A stretch of 63,798 nucleotides of DNA, the filler included, from Nemertoderma westbladi (taxonomy: Eukaryota; Animalia; Xenacoelomorpha), in NCBI GenBank assembly GCA_032718475.1. It is 4 parts of 4 records of this genome, joined end to end, with 100 filler letters (N's around TTAATTAATTAA, not from the genome) between each part and the next. Parts side by side here need not be neighbours in the genome. Positions count along the whole stretch, not along the records: positions 1 to 23,843 come from JAUCBJ010002308.1; 3 more parts are not named here. One strand, given 5' to 3'. Both the position numbers and the translations under genes were made by a program. The notes beneath the pieces are model-generated. The model ran no database searches, was not told the origin of the DNA, and saw nothing but the letters and a program-made list of their open reading frames with translations. Shown one piece after another: positions 1 through 10,894 of this stretch. The first letter of the stretch is position 1. The number at the start of each line of letters is the position of its first letter.

Positions 1-758
1 TATTCGGTTACTATTGCAATTCGGTCTCTGACGATTCGGCGTAAGAAAAGAAAATTCAGTGACAGACAATTTGCAAGGTAACGCAAGAAACCCTGCGATA
101 TTATTTATCATCCTATCACTACTACAGTACATAGCAGGATCAAAGTGCGTATTACCCAGCGCTGCATACGTCATAATCATACAAAATAAACTGTACAATT
201 TATGGGAAGCTGCCGCTCACTGTTGTGGTTGGCTGGTAACCTTATTGGTTGTCCACCATAGATGTTTATTCATATAGATATAGAAATCCTGAAATCCATC
301 ACCATTGAATGCTGGAATGTCAAGTGATTGGAAAACATATAAAACTTTGATCATGATGATGTCACTGTAACTGTAACTGTGAGTACAAAATGGGAACACA
401 GTAACGGTACATTAACAGATTAAACCATTCAAAATCATTCTGTCATTAGTACTGTACCGCGACCGGTACGATAGGCTTAGTTCTGTAGTTCATATTCTGT
501 ACCGGTATTACAGTAGTACATCAACAGTTCAATATGTTCTGTACATAAATATGTTGTCTTATTCAGTTATTACAGTATTACAGGCTAAACTGTTGAGCCT
601 GTCAGCCTGTTGAATGCTTGTATGAACTGTAAGACTACACAAACATAACTCAGTAACTACTGAACTACTTACTACAAACAGCAATCAGCTGGCTGGCCTG
701 CTGGCTGGTCAGCGTAGAAATTATTGAAGCAGGACGGACAGTTCTTTTCTGGGTTTCA

Positions 759-963
759 ATGGTGAAACGTAAGAGGATCTCTTGCGATACCGATAGAATG
801 GATGAAGACAGTAACGCACAACAAACCGGTACACCGCCGGCGGTCCAAAGCCGTCTCTACAGTCCGAGTAACGGCTACCACAGGAACCCTATAGCGCCAC
901 GGAGCGGAGCTATCGTTGGTAAACCCTCAACGGCAAAGAAAATCGTGGTAAAAAACTTATCAG
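759..963 (+). CDS. CUL4: Cullin-4, coding exon 1
   Basis: ATG759 MVKRKR...AKKIVVKNLS resembles the CUL4 N-terminal KKLVIKNF motif; donor G|GTCAG, phase 1, joins exon 2 in frame. Confidence 0.85.
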
Positions 964-1686
964 GTCAGCATCCTCCCTCAGGTACCACCCGTAGCCGTAG
1001 GTGGTAGACTGGTAGGCCTAGGAAATGCAAAAGGCAGAAAGGTCCTGCGTATGACAGTACAGTATGAGAGGAGAGTATGATAAGATAAATGTACCGTAGC
1101 ATGGCATGGTATGACTGCATGATGTATAACGCAGTGGCAGTAGGCTGGTAGGGGAATGTCACGACACGACTTACGATCAGACGATTGGGGTACCTACAAA
1201 TTCAATACCAAATACAGTTTGGCATTTGGGGCCTAGTACTGTAGTATTTACAGTAGTCAGGTAGTGGCGGCCTAAACCCTAATTAAAACTGTCATGTTTT
1301 AATTAGGGTTAAGGCCTGACCAACTAACCCCGAACCCAGTAACCAAAATAATAAACCAAATATACCCATAATATAGAATCCTCTATATCCTCAAATTCAC
1401 TGTATAAACTCGTAAATTAATAGGCCTAATAATTTAGTATTTTCTTTTGTTGTATTCTGGTATTGCTGCTGCTGTATTGCATTTGTAGGTACCCAAAACG
1501 TGACTGTACCCTATTGCAACCCTATAATGTATCACCGGTGGCGGTATGTAAGTGTGTAAAATATTGTGACGTCGTGTAGGACGTAGTTTAGTGACGTATG
1601 CGTGATCGTGTGAGTACCTCCGCCTCCACAATTACCATACCTTTACACCTTACGGTACGACTAATCTAGGTTTCTTATTATTTCAG

Positions 1687-1855
1687 TCCGACCGTTAGAC
1701 GAGGATTATCCGGGTAAGGCGTGGACTCGTCTCAAGGGGGCCGTGGACGCAATCCACGGATCTACAAGCATCTCCGGCACCAAGGAGGAGTTATATCAGG
1801 ATGTACAGAATCTATGTACCAACAAACTTGCCAAACACCTATATGACCAGTTGAG
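1687..1855 (+). CDS. CUL4: Cullin-4, exon 2
   Basis: tttcag| acceptor; (V)RPLDEDYPGKAWTRLKGAVDAIHGSTSISGTKEELYQDVQNLCTNKLAKHLYDQLR resembles CUL4 cullin repeat 1 (WQKLKEAVEAI...EELYQAVENLC); donor AG|GTAAG. Confidence 0.92.
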
Positions 1856-2166
1856 GTAAGAGCAAGTGGGACCCGAAGATCTGAACGATCTGTTGAGGTA
1901 AGTTTATGTGTATCGGTACTCAACTCAGTGATACTGGCATAATTACACTGATTATAAACCGACACAAGATGATAAATTATAGTTAAAGGAAATATAAAGA
2001 TTTATTAAATAAAAACAGTTTGTGATTGATTCACTCAATGTTAATATACTGGTGTATTCAGGAGCTTTTACCCTTTAGATTTTAAACTTAAGCTGTTCAT
2101 CTTGAGAATAGAGCATATAAAATAACCATCAATATCATCATGGGATGGCAGGTTTACCAATTATAA

Positions 2167-2364
2167 GGGTGTGAAAGCTACGCCGACAGCCGACAACCAC
2201 TGCCGACAACGACAAATAGGAAATTGTAACCTGTTCTCATGACTATCGTTTATTGTTTTGGTTAGAATAACATTCCATTGTCCATTGTTCCTTTCCCTCA
2301 ACATATAATTAACATTAATTAGCATCAATAATGGTTGTCGCTTGTCGGTGTATCGTTTACACCC
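2167..2364. mobile_element. MULE-like MITE
   Basis: GGGTGT...ACACCC TIRs with (C)CGACA subterminal repeats; 9-bp TSD CAATTATAA (2158-2166 and 2365-2373); contains the recurring TTTATTGTTTTGGTTAGAA core. Confidence 0.7.
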
Positions 2365-2419
2365 CAATTATAACACATTCCGGAACTGCACAATTTGGGT
2401 ACTTACAATGTAGCAGCAA

Positions 2420-2520
2420 ATCTTGGGATAGGAGTAGCGTCCACCCCTACCCTCGGGTAATAGCTATCGAGAGAGGAGCCTTCGGGTCGCCTCCAGCTTC
2501 GGCCGACTGTTTACTTTGCT
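2420..2520 (+). mobile_element. SINE 3' module (partial copy)
   Basis: GTAGCGTCCACCCCTACCCTCGGGTAATAGCTATCGAGAGAGGAGCCTTCGGGTCG...TCGGCCGACTGTTT matches the two halves of the split minus-strand SINE at about 48610-48650 and 47660-47722. Confidence 0.6.
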
Positions 2521-2871
2521 ACACCAATGTCACTATCGGGAATTGCCCAGATATTAAACGTAAGGTCGTGTGCAATGATTGGCATCGTCTTCCATCTGGT
2601 TGTCCATCCTTTTCTATAAATTTTTGTGATAGAATCTGTTGTTGTAATGTTATGGTATAATAGCAAACAAGGTTATTAACTCTTGGAAAGTTTATAAACC
2701 GGGAATTCTATGCTCGCATCTCGCAACCAAGGAGACACAACACTTGATGGATGAAGCATGGAATATGATTCACCATTCCAGAGTTAGTTATTTAGTACAC
2801 CTATAGGTTACAGTCCACCCACATAGTATTCGGTTACTGTTTTGATGAACAGCTTTAGCCTTTATTGCCAA

Positions 2872-2975
2872 AACACCAAGTCAAACTGAACCTATTCGGC
2901 AGATAATTCCACAATCCTGAACACCAAGTCAAACTGAACCTATTCGGCAGATAATTCCACAATCCTGAACACCAA
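2872..2975. repeat. 48-bp tandem duplication
   Basis: AACACCAAGTCAAACTGAACCTATTCGGCAGATAATTCCACAATCCTG twice, plus a partial third start. Confidence 0.85.
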
Positions 2976-3214
2976 GGACAATATCATGATTATAATTGTT
3001 GTACAGGGTTGGTGATACTGCCTGCTTAACTCCTCTGGTAACACAGATACTACGAGAGTCAATACTTCTGAAGAGTTTAAGGAAGACTAAACTCTCCTGG
3101 TAATAGATTAGTAGAATGGCTGCAATATGATTAGCTCTATGATCTAGGAGTTTCCTAATTAGAGTGGGATATTATATTATATACTATCGAAGGCAGAATC
3201 GATCAATCGCATTG

Positions 3215-3380
3215 AGGGGCGAGCCACGAAACTAAGCGAGCTTAGCATACGGACGTGTATCACTATCTCAATCGGTGTGTCTGTCGTTCTGTCGCGTCCA
3301 ATATTTGAACGTTAATAATTCAGCCAATCCTCGTTGAAATCTAACCAAACTTGCAACACCAAAGTTTAGAAATTTTCCAA
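3215..3380 (+). mobile_element. DINE-1/HINE-like element 5' part
   Basis: GGGGCGAGCCACGAAA..AGCGAGCTTAG.ATACGG followed by a (GTCY)n-like tract; homologous copy at about 52647-52850; ends approximate. Confidence 0.5.
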
Positions 3381-3778
3381 GTTGAATTTGCGTGTAGAAG
3401 ATATTGTGCATTTCAGTCATCCAAAGAAAATATTGTCTAGTAGATTTATTTCATTTGCGAAATCTGTATTAATGTCAAATAAGTTATGCGTTCAATTTTT
3501 AAGTAGGAAATCCTTATTTAACTGTAATACTCGGTCGGGTTTAAATTTACGGCGAATTGCTAACAAATGTCACTTTCAAGTAAATAACATATTTTCCTTA
3601 TTGCCAAAGGTTAATAGTGTACGGTATATGCATGCCCTCGCCGGATAATAGTAACTGGCGTGCGATTGCACGATTGCTTACAAAATAAGTCAGAAGTGGT
3701 TAGGTTCTCAAGAAATGAACTAGAGCTAATTTTATTGCCAATAGCAAGCGATTAATTGAACATTATACAATATTACAT

Positions 3779-6420
3779 GGGTCGTTCTCACAAAAAGTGG
3801 CCAAACTTTTATGTCAAAATGTCCATGCATTCGCACGGTTATATTTCCAAACGACACAGATTTAACCCCATGAACCTATATACCAATCGGAAGAGCGGGA
3901 ATCTGCTCATATTTCAGCAAATTTTAAACAGCTTTCATTCACAACCTAGAGAATGACACCATTTCAAATATCGAAAATGCATGTTTTTTGAAATGTCACA
4001 TTGAATTATTTTGAAATATTTGGCTTCTGAGCTAAAGCAATGAAAGCAAAGGTTCCACATACCATACAACAAAATAAAGCAAATTTAATGCTCTTTCATA
4101 TGGTATTGGTGGTTTTCAACCGAAGCTACTCACATTTTATATATTTACTATTTACTAACAATTAATTACGCCGTCACTAGGATTTTGTCCACCATGTAAC
4201 GCTCGTTTTTATGACATGTTTTTTTTATATTTATTCACAACATCTCCAAGTGAGATATTTCTAAACAGCGATTTACTTAGCTATCAACAGGTAAAAAAAT
4301 TATAAGAATTCGTTCATTAGAACTCGAGCGTTGTGCGAAAACGTAAATCTACATAAAATACCGTCATTAGGAATGTCCTCAATGTAACGCTACTTTGAAT
4401 AGCGATAACTTTTGCTTTACTAATCATATCGACACCATTGAGGGCTCATATGAAAGAGCAATCGCAGATCTATCGAATAACATATTTGATTTTAATATAG
4501 TTTTAAAACAGACTATAGTCAACGCCATGCTAATGAAAAATGTCTTCAATGTCCATCATGTAACGCATGTAACGCTGTCACAATCAATAGCGTTACACTT
4601 GAGACATGTCCATCATGTAACGTAGTTGGGCCTGAAAATACCTAGCAGTGCAAGTGGCGTTTCTTTGTACAAATTAGGCAGTCAGGGTCAAATTAACAAT
4701 AGTCGATGGTTTCTGGTTTTCAGTATTTAGTATAAACTACTGTAGTAGTCTCATGAGTTTGTTTACCTTCTTTATTTCGGTTCTAAAACAGTACTTCTTA
4801 ATCGCCATGCAATTACAATTGTCAAACGGAATTAAGCGTGTTGTGTCCGGTAAGAACTTCTCGATTGAATTTATAGTGATGGTGTTACACTTGAAGGACA
4901 TAGAGATTAAGTTGGTGATGGGATGGCGTTACACGTGAAGGACTTATAGATTAAGTTAGTAATGGCGTTACACGTGAAGGACTTAGAGATTGGCGTTACA
5001 CGTGAAGGACTTAGAGATTAAGTTAGCGATGGCGCTACACGTGAAAGACTTAGAGATTAAGTTAGTGATGGCGTTACACGTGAAGGACTTAGTTACACGT
5101 GAAGGACTTAGAGATCAAGTTAGTGATGGGATGGCGTTGCACGTGAAGGACTTAGAGATTAAGTTAGTGATGGCGTTACGCGTGAAGGACTTAGAGATTA
5201 AGTTAGTGATGGCGTTACACGTGAAGGTCTTAGAGATTAAGTTAGTGATGGCGTTACACGTGAAGGACTTAGAGATTAAGTTAGTGATGGCGTTACACGT
5301 GAAGGACTTAGAGATTAAGTTAGTGATGGCGTTACACGTGAAGGACTTAGAGATTAAGTTAGTGATGGCGTTACACGTGAAGGACTTAGAGATTAAGTTA
5401 GAGATGGCGTTACACGTGAAGGACTTAGTTACACGTGAAGGACTTAGAGATTACGTTAGTGATGGGATGGCGTTACACGTGAAGGACTTAGAGATTAAGT
5501 TAGTGGTGGCGTTACACGTGAAGGACTTAGAGATTAAGTTAGTGATGGCGTTACACGTGAAGGACTTAGAGATTAAGTTAGAGATGGCGTTACACGTGAA
5601 GGACTTAGTTACACGTGAAGGACTTAGAGATTACGTTAGTGATGGGATGGCGTTACACGTGAAGGACTTAGAGATTAAGTTAGTGGTGGCGTTACACGTG
5701 AAGGACTTAGAGATTAAGTTAGTGATGGCGTTACATGTGAAGGACTTAGAGATTAAGTTAGTGATGGCGCTACACGTGAAGGACTTAGTTACACGTGAAG
5801 GACTTAGAGATTAAGTTAGTGATGGCGTTACACGTGAAGGACTTAGTTACACGTTAAGGACTTAGAGATTACGTTAGTGATGGTTTTAAGGATTCCGTTA
5901 ACTATTTTGTACAATTAGTGTTACAATAGTATGTATATCCATATTGTATGGATACAATAATACAAACTAAATAATTTGCTGATTTGAAAAATATTATTTT
6001 CAGCCATTGGGTCGATAAATAAATCCGTAAAAAACCCGTATAAATATAAAATAAATCCGTACATGACATTAAAGTGACTGTTGAATTTCTGGTTTATATT
6101 TTAAATGTCAAATCCTGGATACTGATTGGCTAACAAGTAGCGTTACATTCGAGACAACGAGTTAGATTGTGGGCGTTTTGTGAAATGAAGGCTGCTGATT
6201 GGCTAACAAGTAGCGTTACACCAGGGACAAAATGTTACATTGTGGACATTAGTTTTTCGCGAATAAAACCTTACGACTTCACTAAAAAAACGGCCCACTA
6301 GTTTATTCGAAATCGCCTCATCGAGAGCTCTCGAAATATGTATATATTTATATGGTTTTGACAAAAAAAAATTTGACAATTTTTTCTCAAAATTTTGGCC
6401 ACTTTTTGTGAGAACAACCC
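3779..6420. mobile_element. Non-autonomous TIR element, Sola2-like termini
   Basis: TIR GGGTCGTTCTCACAAAAAGTGGCCAAA / TTTGGCCACTTTTTGTGAGAACAACCC; 4-bp TSD ACAT (3775-3778, 6421-6424); carries a 39-bp minisatellite. Confidence 0.75.
4877..5882. repeat. 39-bp minisatellite (about 25 units)
   Basis: Unit GATGGCGTTACACGTGAAGGACTTAGAGATTAAGTTAGT; source of the spurious MALHVKDLEIKLV ORF. Confidence 0.95.
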
Positions 6421-6837
6421 ACATAATACAGTATAACATAGTTAATTTATTGTGCTCTACTTAGAACTTTGTACCGGTAACCTATTACGTGTGTATTTGT
6501 ATTTCTCACATATAAATATTATGTAACTATATCGTGCGGTTATTTCTCTTGTGTTTTTATACAACGAAAACTTGCGCGAAATAAAATAAATAAATAAATA
6601 TGCCCAGACTGTAGGCTACATAATATGTATGAAATATATTTTTCTTTCGGAATAGCTATATGTAGGACACAATGTACCCCGTCACAATCAGGTATAAATA
6701 TTATTGATTGTAAATTTGGTTTGGCTCTCCATGTAGTGTAGCTTATGGCCACTGGTGTTGTTGGGAGTATTGTGTGTTGCAATTGACAAGATAGAATCGA
6801 TTAAAGATGTTAAAAAATGATGCTAAACAAATATTGT

Positions 6838-7558
6838 ACGTATTCTTGTATCGTATTTTGTCCGTATCGTATTCTCGTATCGTATTTTATCCGTATCGCA
6901 TTTTCGTATCGTATTTTGTCCGTATCGCATTCTCGTATCGTATTTTATCCGTATCGCATTCTCATATCGTATTTTATCCGTATCGCATTTTCGTATCGTA
7001 TTTTGTCCGTATCGCATTTTCGTATCGTATTTTGTCCGTATCGCATTCTCGTATCGTATTTTATCCGTATCGCATTCTCATATCGTATTTTATCCGTATC
7101 GCATTTTCGTATCGTATTTTGTCCGTATCGCATTCTCGTATCGTATTTTGTCCGTATCGCATTCTCGTATCGTATTTTGTCCGTATCGCATTCTCGTATC
7201 GTATTTCGTCCGTATCGCATTCTCGTATCGTATTTTGTCCGTATCGTATTCTCGTATCGTATTTTGTCCGTATCGCATTCTCATATCGTATTTTGTCCGT
7301 ATCGCATATTCGTATCGTATTTTGTCCGTATCGCATATTCGTATCGTATTTTGTCCGTATCGCATTCTCGTATCGTATTTTGTCCGTATCGCATTCTCGT
7401 ATCGTATTTTGTCCGTATCGCATTCTCGTATCGTATTTTGTCCGTATCGCATTCTCGTATCGTATTTTGTCCGTATCGCATTCTCGTATCGTATTTTGTC
7501 CGTATCGCATTCTCGTATCGTATTTTATCCGTATCGCATTCTCGTATCGTATTTTGTC
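6838..7558. repeat. 29-bp CpG-rich minisatellite (about 25 units)
   Basis: Unit CGTATCGTATTTTGTCCGTATCGCATTCT, itself a dimer of CGTATCGYATT. Confidence 0.95.
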
Positions 7559-7793
7559 CCTGCTCCATCGCTTTTTAATAAATTACTTTTGAGGAAGGGA
7601 TGGGCAGTTGTTCTTGAACTGCCCCGAACAGTAACTGAAACTGAACCAGAACAAAATTGGAACTGAAACTTGATATTTTGGAATACATCAACTGTAACTA
7701 GAACCATGGGATGCTATATAGCCAGTAGCCACAAGCCTTATAATATTAAAAGTCGTATCGTAATATATATCCCCGTCCACATTTGTATCGCAG

Positions 7794-7917
7794 GTCTGTT
7801 TGTTCCCAACATATACGCGCCAATCTCAACTCATTCGCCATTCCCTCAGCACCAGAAGACCCCCTTCTATTCCTCAAAGGTATTAATGTCTTCTGGGAAT
7901 CCCACTGTCAGCAAATG
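7794..7917 (+). CDS. CUL4: Cullin-4, exon 3
   Basis: tcgcag| acceptor, phase 2; SVCSQHIRANLNSFAIPSAPEDPLLFLKGINVFWESHCQQM resembles CUL4 ICEDHI...LFLKKIDRCWQNHCRQM; donor GTAAGT. Confidence 0.92.
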
Positions 7918-7982
7918 GTAAGTTTTTTTTTATTATTTTGATTTATTTAAATAAATTTAACGAATTTAATTGCTTTGTTGAT

Positions 7983-8489
7983 TGTTTCAGATAATGATTG
8001 GTTGAATGTTTCAGATAATGATTGGTTGAATGTTTCAGATAATGATTGCTTATGATTGGTTAAATGTTTCAGATAATGATTACTTGTGATTGGTTAAATG
8101 TTTCAGATAATGATTGCTTATGATTGGTCGAATTTTTCAGATAATGATTGCTTGTGATTGGTTAAATGTTTCAGATAATGATTGCTTATGATTGGTTAAA
8201 TGTTTCAGATAATGATTGCTTATGATTGGTTAAATGTTTCAGATAATGATTGCTTATGATTGGTTAAATGTTTCAGATAATGATTGCTTATGATTGGTTA
8301 AATGTTTCAGATAATGATTGCTTATGATTGGTTAAATGTTTCAGATAATGACTGCTTATGATTGGTTAAATGTTTCAGATAATGATTGCTTATGATTGGT
8401 TGAATGTTTCAGATAATGATTGCTTGTGATTGGTTGAATGTTTCAGATAATGATTGATTATGATTGGTTAAATGTTTCAGATAATGATT
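7983..8489 (+). repeat. Tandem array of the exon-4 splice acceptor (16 copies of TTCAG|ATAATGA)
   Basis: Mostly a 34-bp unit AATGTTTCAGATAATGATTGCTTATGATTGGTTA (first two units 24 bp); the last copy is the real acceptor at 8480. Confidence 0.95.
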
Positions 8490-8717
8490 CGTTCTATATT
8501 CCTGTACTTGGACCGGACCTATGTTATCTATAACCCCGGTTCCTTGTCTATCTGGGACACCGGATTGGAACTCTTCCGGGAATTCTTACTGAAGCATAGT
8601 AGCGTTGAATCGCGTACTGTGGACGGGTTGCTCATGCTGATACGGCGTGAGCGATTAGGAGATGTTGTTGATCTCAGTCTCCTAAAGAGTTTGTTACGGA
8701 TGTTCCTCCATCTACAG
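8481..8717 (+). CDS. CUL4: Cullin-4, exon 4
   Basis: IMIRSIFLYLDRTYV...SIWDTGLELFR...RERLGDVVDLSLLKSLLRMFLHLQ, hallmark cullin-4 sequence; donor CAG|GTCGGT. Confidence 0.96.
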
Positions 8718-9630
8718 GTCGGTTAACCAGCACAAATTAGGTGCTTACCTGTTTATTTATAATTCAATAAATATTTGTTTTTTATCTATAAGAGTATAGA
8801 TGATATTTTAATATGATTTTGATAAGAAATTGAAAAAAACGAGGTACGGCGAGCTGAATATTTATTCATTTGTGCTTGCCTCCTGTTTCACTCTTGTACT
8901 TCCCTCCTGTTTCATTCTATCATAATCAAGGACGGCAGGTCCGCGCTGTTAACTTAAGATATGCAACTTATGTCTTCATGTTCCAATAAAAGTGGACTAT
9001 TTATAAGCAACCAAGTGTCAGGGGAAGTGGCTAACAACTGTTGAGGCTTAATAGGCCTAAACGCATACAGCCCTGGTTCAACCCCATGTCACGTGCTTCC
9101 TAATTTTTACAGTTGCATTATTAGCTCAACTCCAATTCGTTTGAATGATAAATCAATGGAAAGCTGTGGCTGTGATATTAGCCATTTTATCACAATTTAA
9201 TGAAGGAAGAAGAGGGTTTCCAAAAAAAAGCAAACACGCTGATAGGACTTTCTACGCAATCAAAATTCACCCCTCTCCAGGGGAAAATCTACCCAAATAA
9301 CAGCCGATTACACCCAAAAATAATACTGTAACCTGTTCTATTGATTTTAGTTTATTGTTTTGGTTAGAATAAGGTCCTGAACACTCTCTTAGAATACCCT
9401 GCTCCTTTCCCTAAATTCATAATTTAACATTGAGGCGAAATAATTCGCCGAGATGGGATTTGCGTCCAAGTTCGATAGCTTTTTGTCTACCAGTAACGGT
9501 AAACGACAAACATTTTATGTAACATTTCTAATTCCTAGAGAATGATCCTTTATCTTTATTGATTCGAAAAAGTTCTTCAAACATTTATGTACTAAAAGTC
9601 TGTACAGAGAAGTATTTATATTTGTTTTAG

Positions 9631-9841
9631 ATCTATGACTTAGCATTCGAGGCAAAGTTTATAGCAGACACACATCTGTTGTACTCTCGCGAAGGGCGGG
9701 ACTTTGTTCTAGAACTGGACGTCCCTGCCTACCTAACCCACGTCAAAACCCGATTAAAAGAGGAAGAACTTCGATTGGACACCTACCTCAATCACACAAC
9801 GAGTAAACCTTTAATATCATTAGTTGAGGAGCAATTGCTAG
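9631..9841 (+). CDS. CUL4: Cullin-4, exon 5
   Basis: ttttag| IYDLAFEAKFIADTHLLYSREG...VPAYLTHVKTRLKEEELRLDTYLNHTTSKPLISLVEEQLL; donor G|GTTGGT, phase 1. Confidence 0.95.
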
Positions 9842-9929
9842 GTTGGTTGAACCTCATATTCAGTTTTGTGTATCTGGTTTTTAAAAATTGAAATAAAAAA
9901 TAAAATAAAAAATACAAAAATGGTGCCGA

Positions 9930-10260
9930 TACTGCTTCTGAAGAATTCGTATGATAGTGGTCGACACTGCAATAATTCATAGAGTGTTCTATTTGTGAAA
10001 TAATTACCTAGGTATACCATCTTGCGTAGTGACTTTCTGTAAGCTGCATCAACGTTGTCGATTTCAGTAGGTGACATGCTCCCAGACATAAACTTTGTGT
10101 AGTACAAGATGGAAGGAAGAGCTACTGCGCGCCATAAGAACCCAAGTGTATCAGGGTCAAGGTATTGCACGGTCCACCCCTTGCGCACAAACGCCTCTGA
10201 GATACCCGTAATGATCCCTTTTACTTTGGCCATGTTATTGATACTCGGAGTCTCGACACA
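9930..10260 (-). mobile_element. Non-LTR retrotransposon ORF2 C-terminal fragment
   Basis: LWRAVALPSILY...YRKSLRKMVYL...TNRTLYELLQCRPL resembles the post-RT region of LINE ORF2; antisense within the CUL4 intron. Confidence 0.5.
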
Positions 10261-10312
10261 GTGTGTCTAGAAGAAAACATGAATCATGCGTTTTAGAATT
10301 TTTACGCATCAA

Positions 10313-10558
10313 ACAGGCTGACAGATTGCCCCTTGTCTGTGCGTGTTTCCTTACAGGCTGACAGCTTGCACCTTGTCTATGCGTGTTTCCTTACAGGCTG
10401 ACAGCTTGCACCTTGTCTGTACTTGTTTCCTTACAGGAGGCTGACAGCTTGCACCTTGTCTGTGCGTGTTTCCTTACAGGCTGACAGCGAACCTTGTCTG
10501 TACTTGTTTCCTTACAGGAGGCTGACAGCTTGCACCTTGTCTGTGCGTGTTTCCTTGC
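10313..10558 (+). repeat. About 40-bp tandem repeat with acceptor-like GTTTCCTTACAG|G
   Basis: About 6 units of CAGGCTGACAGCTTGCACCTTGTCTGTGCGTGTTTCCTTA. Confidence 0.9.
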
Positions 10559-10574
10559 ATATTTTTATTGACAG

Positions 10575-10651
10575 AGAATCGGACATCCAATCTAAGCCGG
10601 TCAAATCTCGGAAATGCATCACCCTCCAGTCCATCACATCGAAGAGTGTAG
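10575..10651 (+). CDS. Possible alternative terminal exon of CUL4
   Basis: tttttattgacag| read in the phase of exon 5 gives ENRTSNLSRSNLGNASPSSPSHRRV*; ATTAAA at 10678-10683; no homology support. Confidence 0.25.
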
Positions 10652-10894
10652 CTGGGTAATAATGCTTCCTTTATTTTATTAAACAGTTATATAACTGTAT
10701 GAATCACTTAATTTAATTTAAAATCAATTCAAATATTTACAAATTACATTTTGGAATCCTTGGTCCTTGCACGGAAATGAAAGTTACAAACTACCTACCT
10801 GTAGGCTGTAGGTCGGAAAGATATACCCCGACTGTATGTGATATTCCGAGTGGTAAATGCAGTGCGGTACAAAGGACCTCATTCATAATTCTGA

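Noticed and set aside
4990-5814. 274-aa MALHVKDLEIKLV repeat ORF
   Set aside because: A by-product of a 39-bp minisatellite inside a TIR element in an intron.
6807-7666. Overlapping ORFs on both strands
   Set aside because: Translations of a largely stop-free 29-bp satellite.
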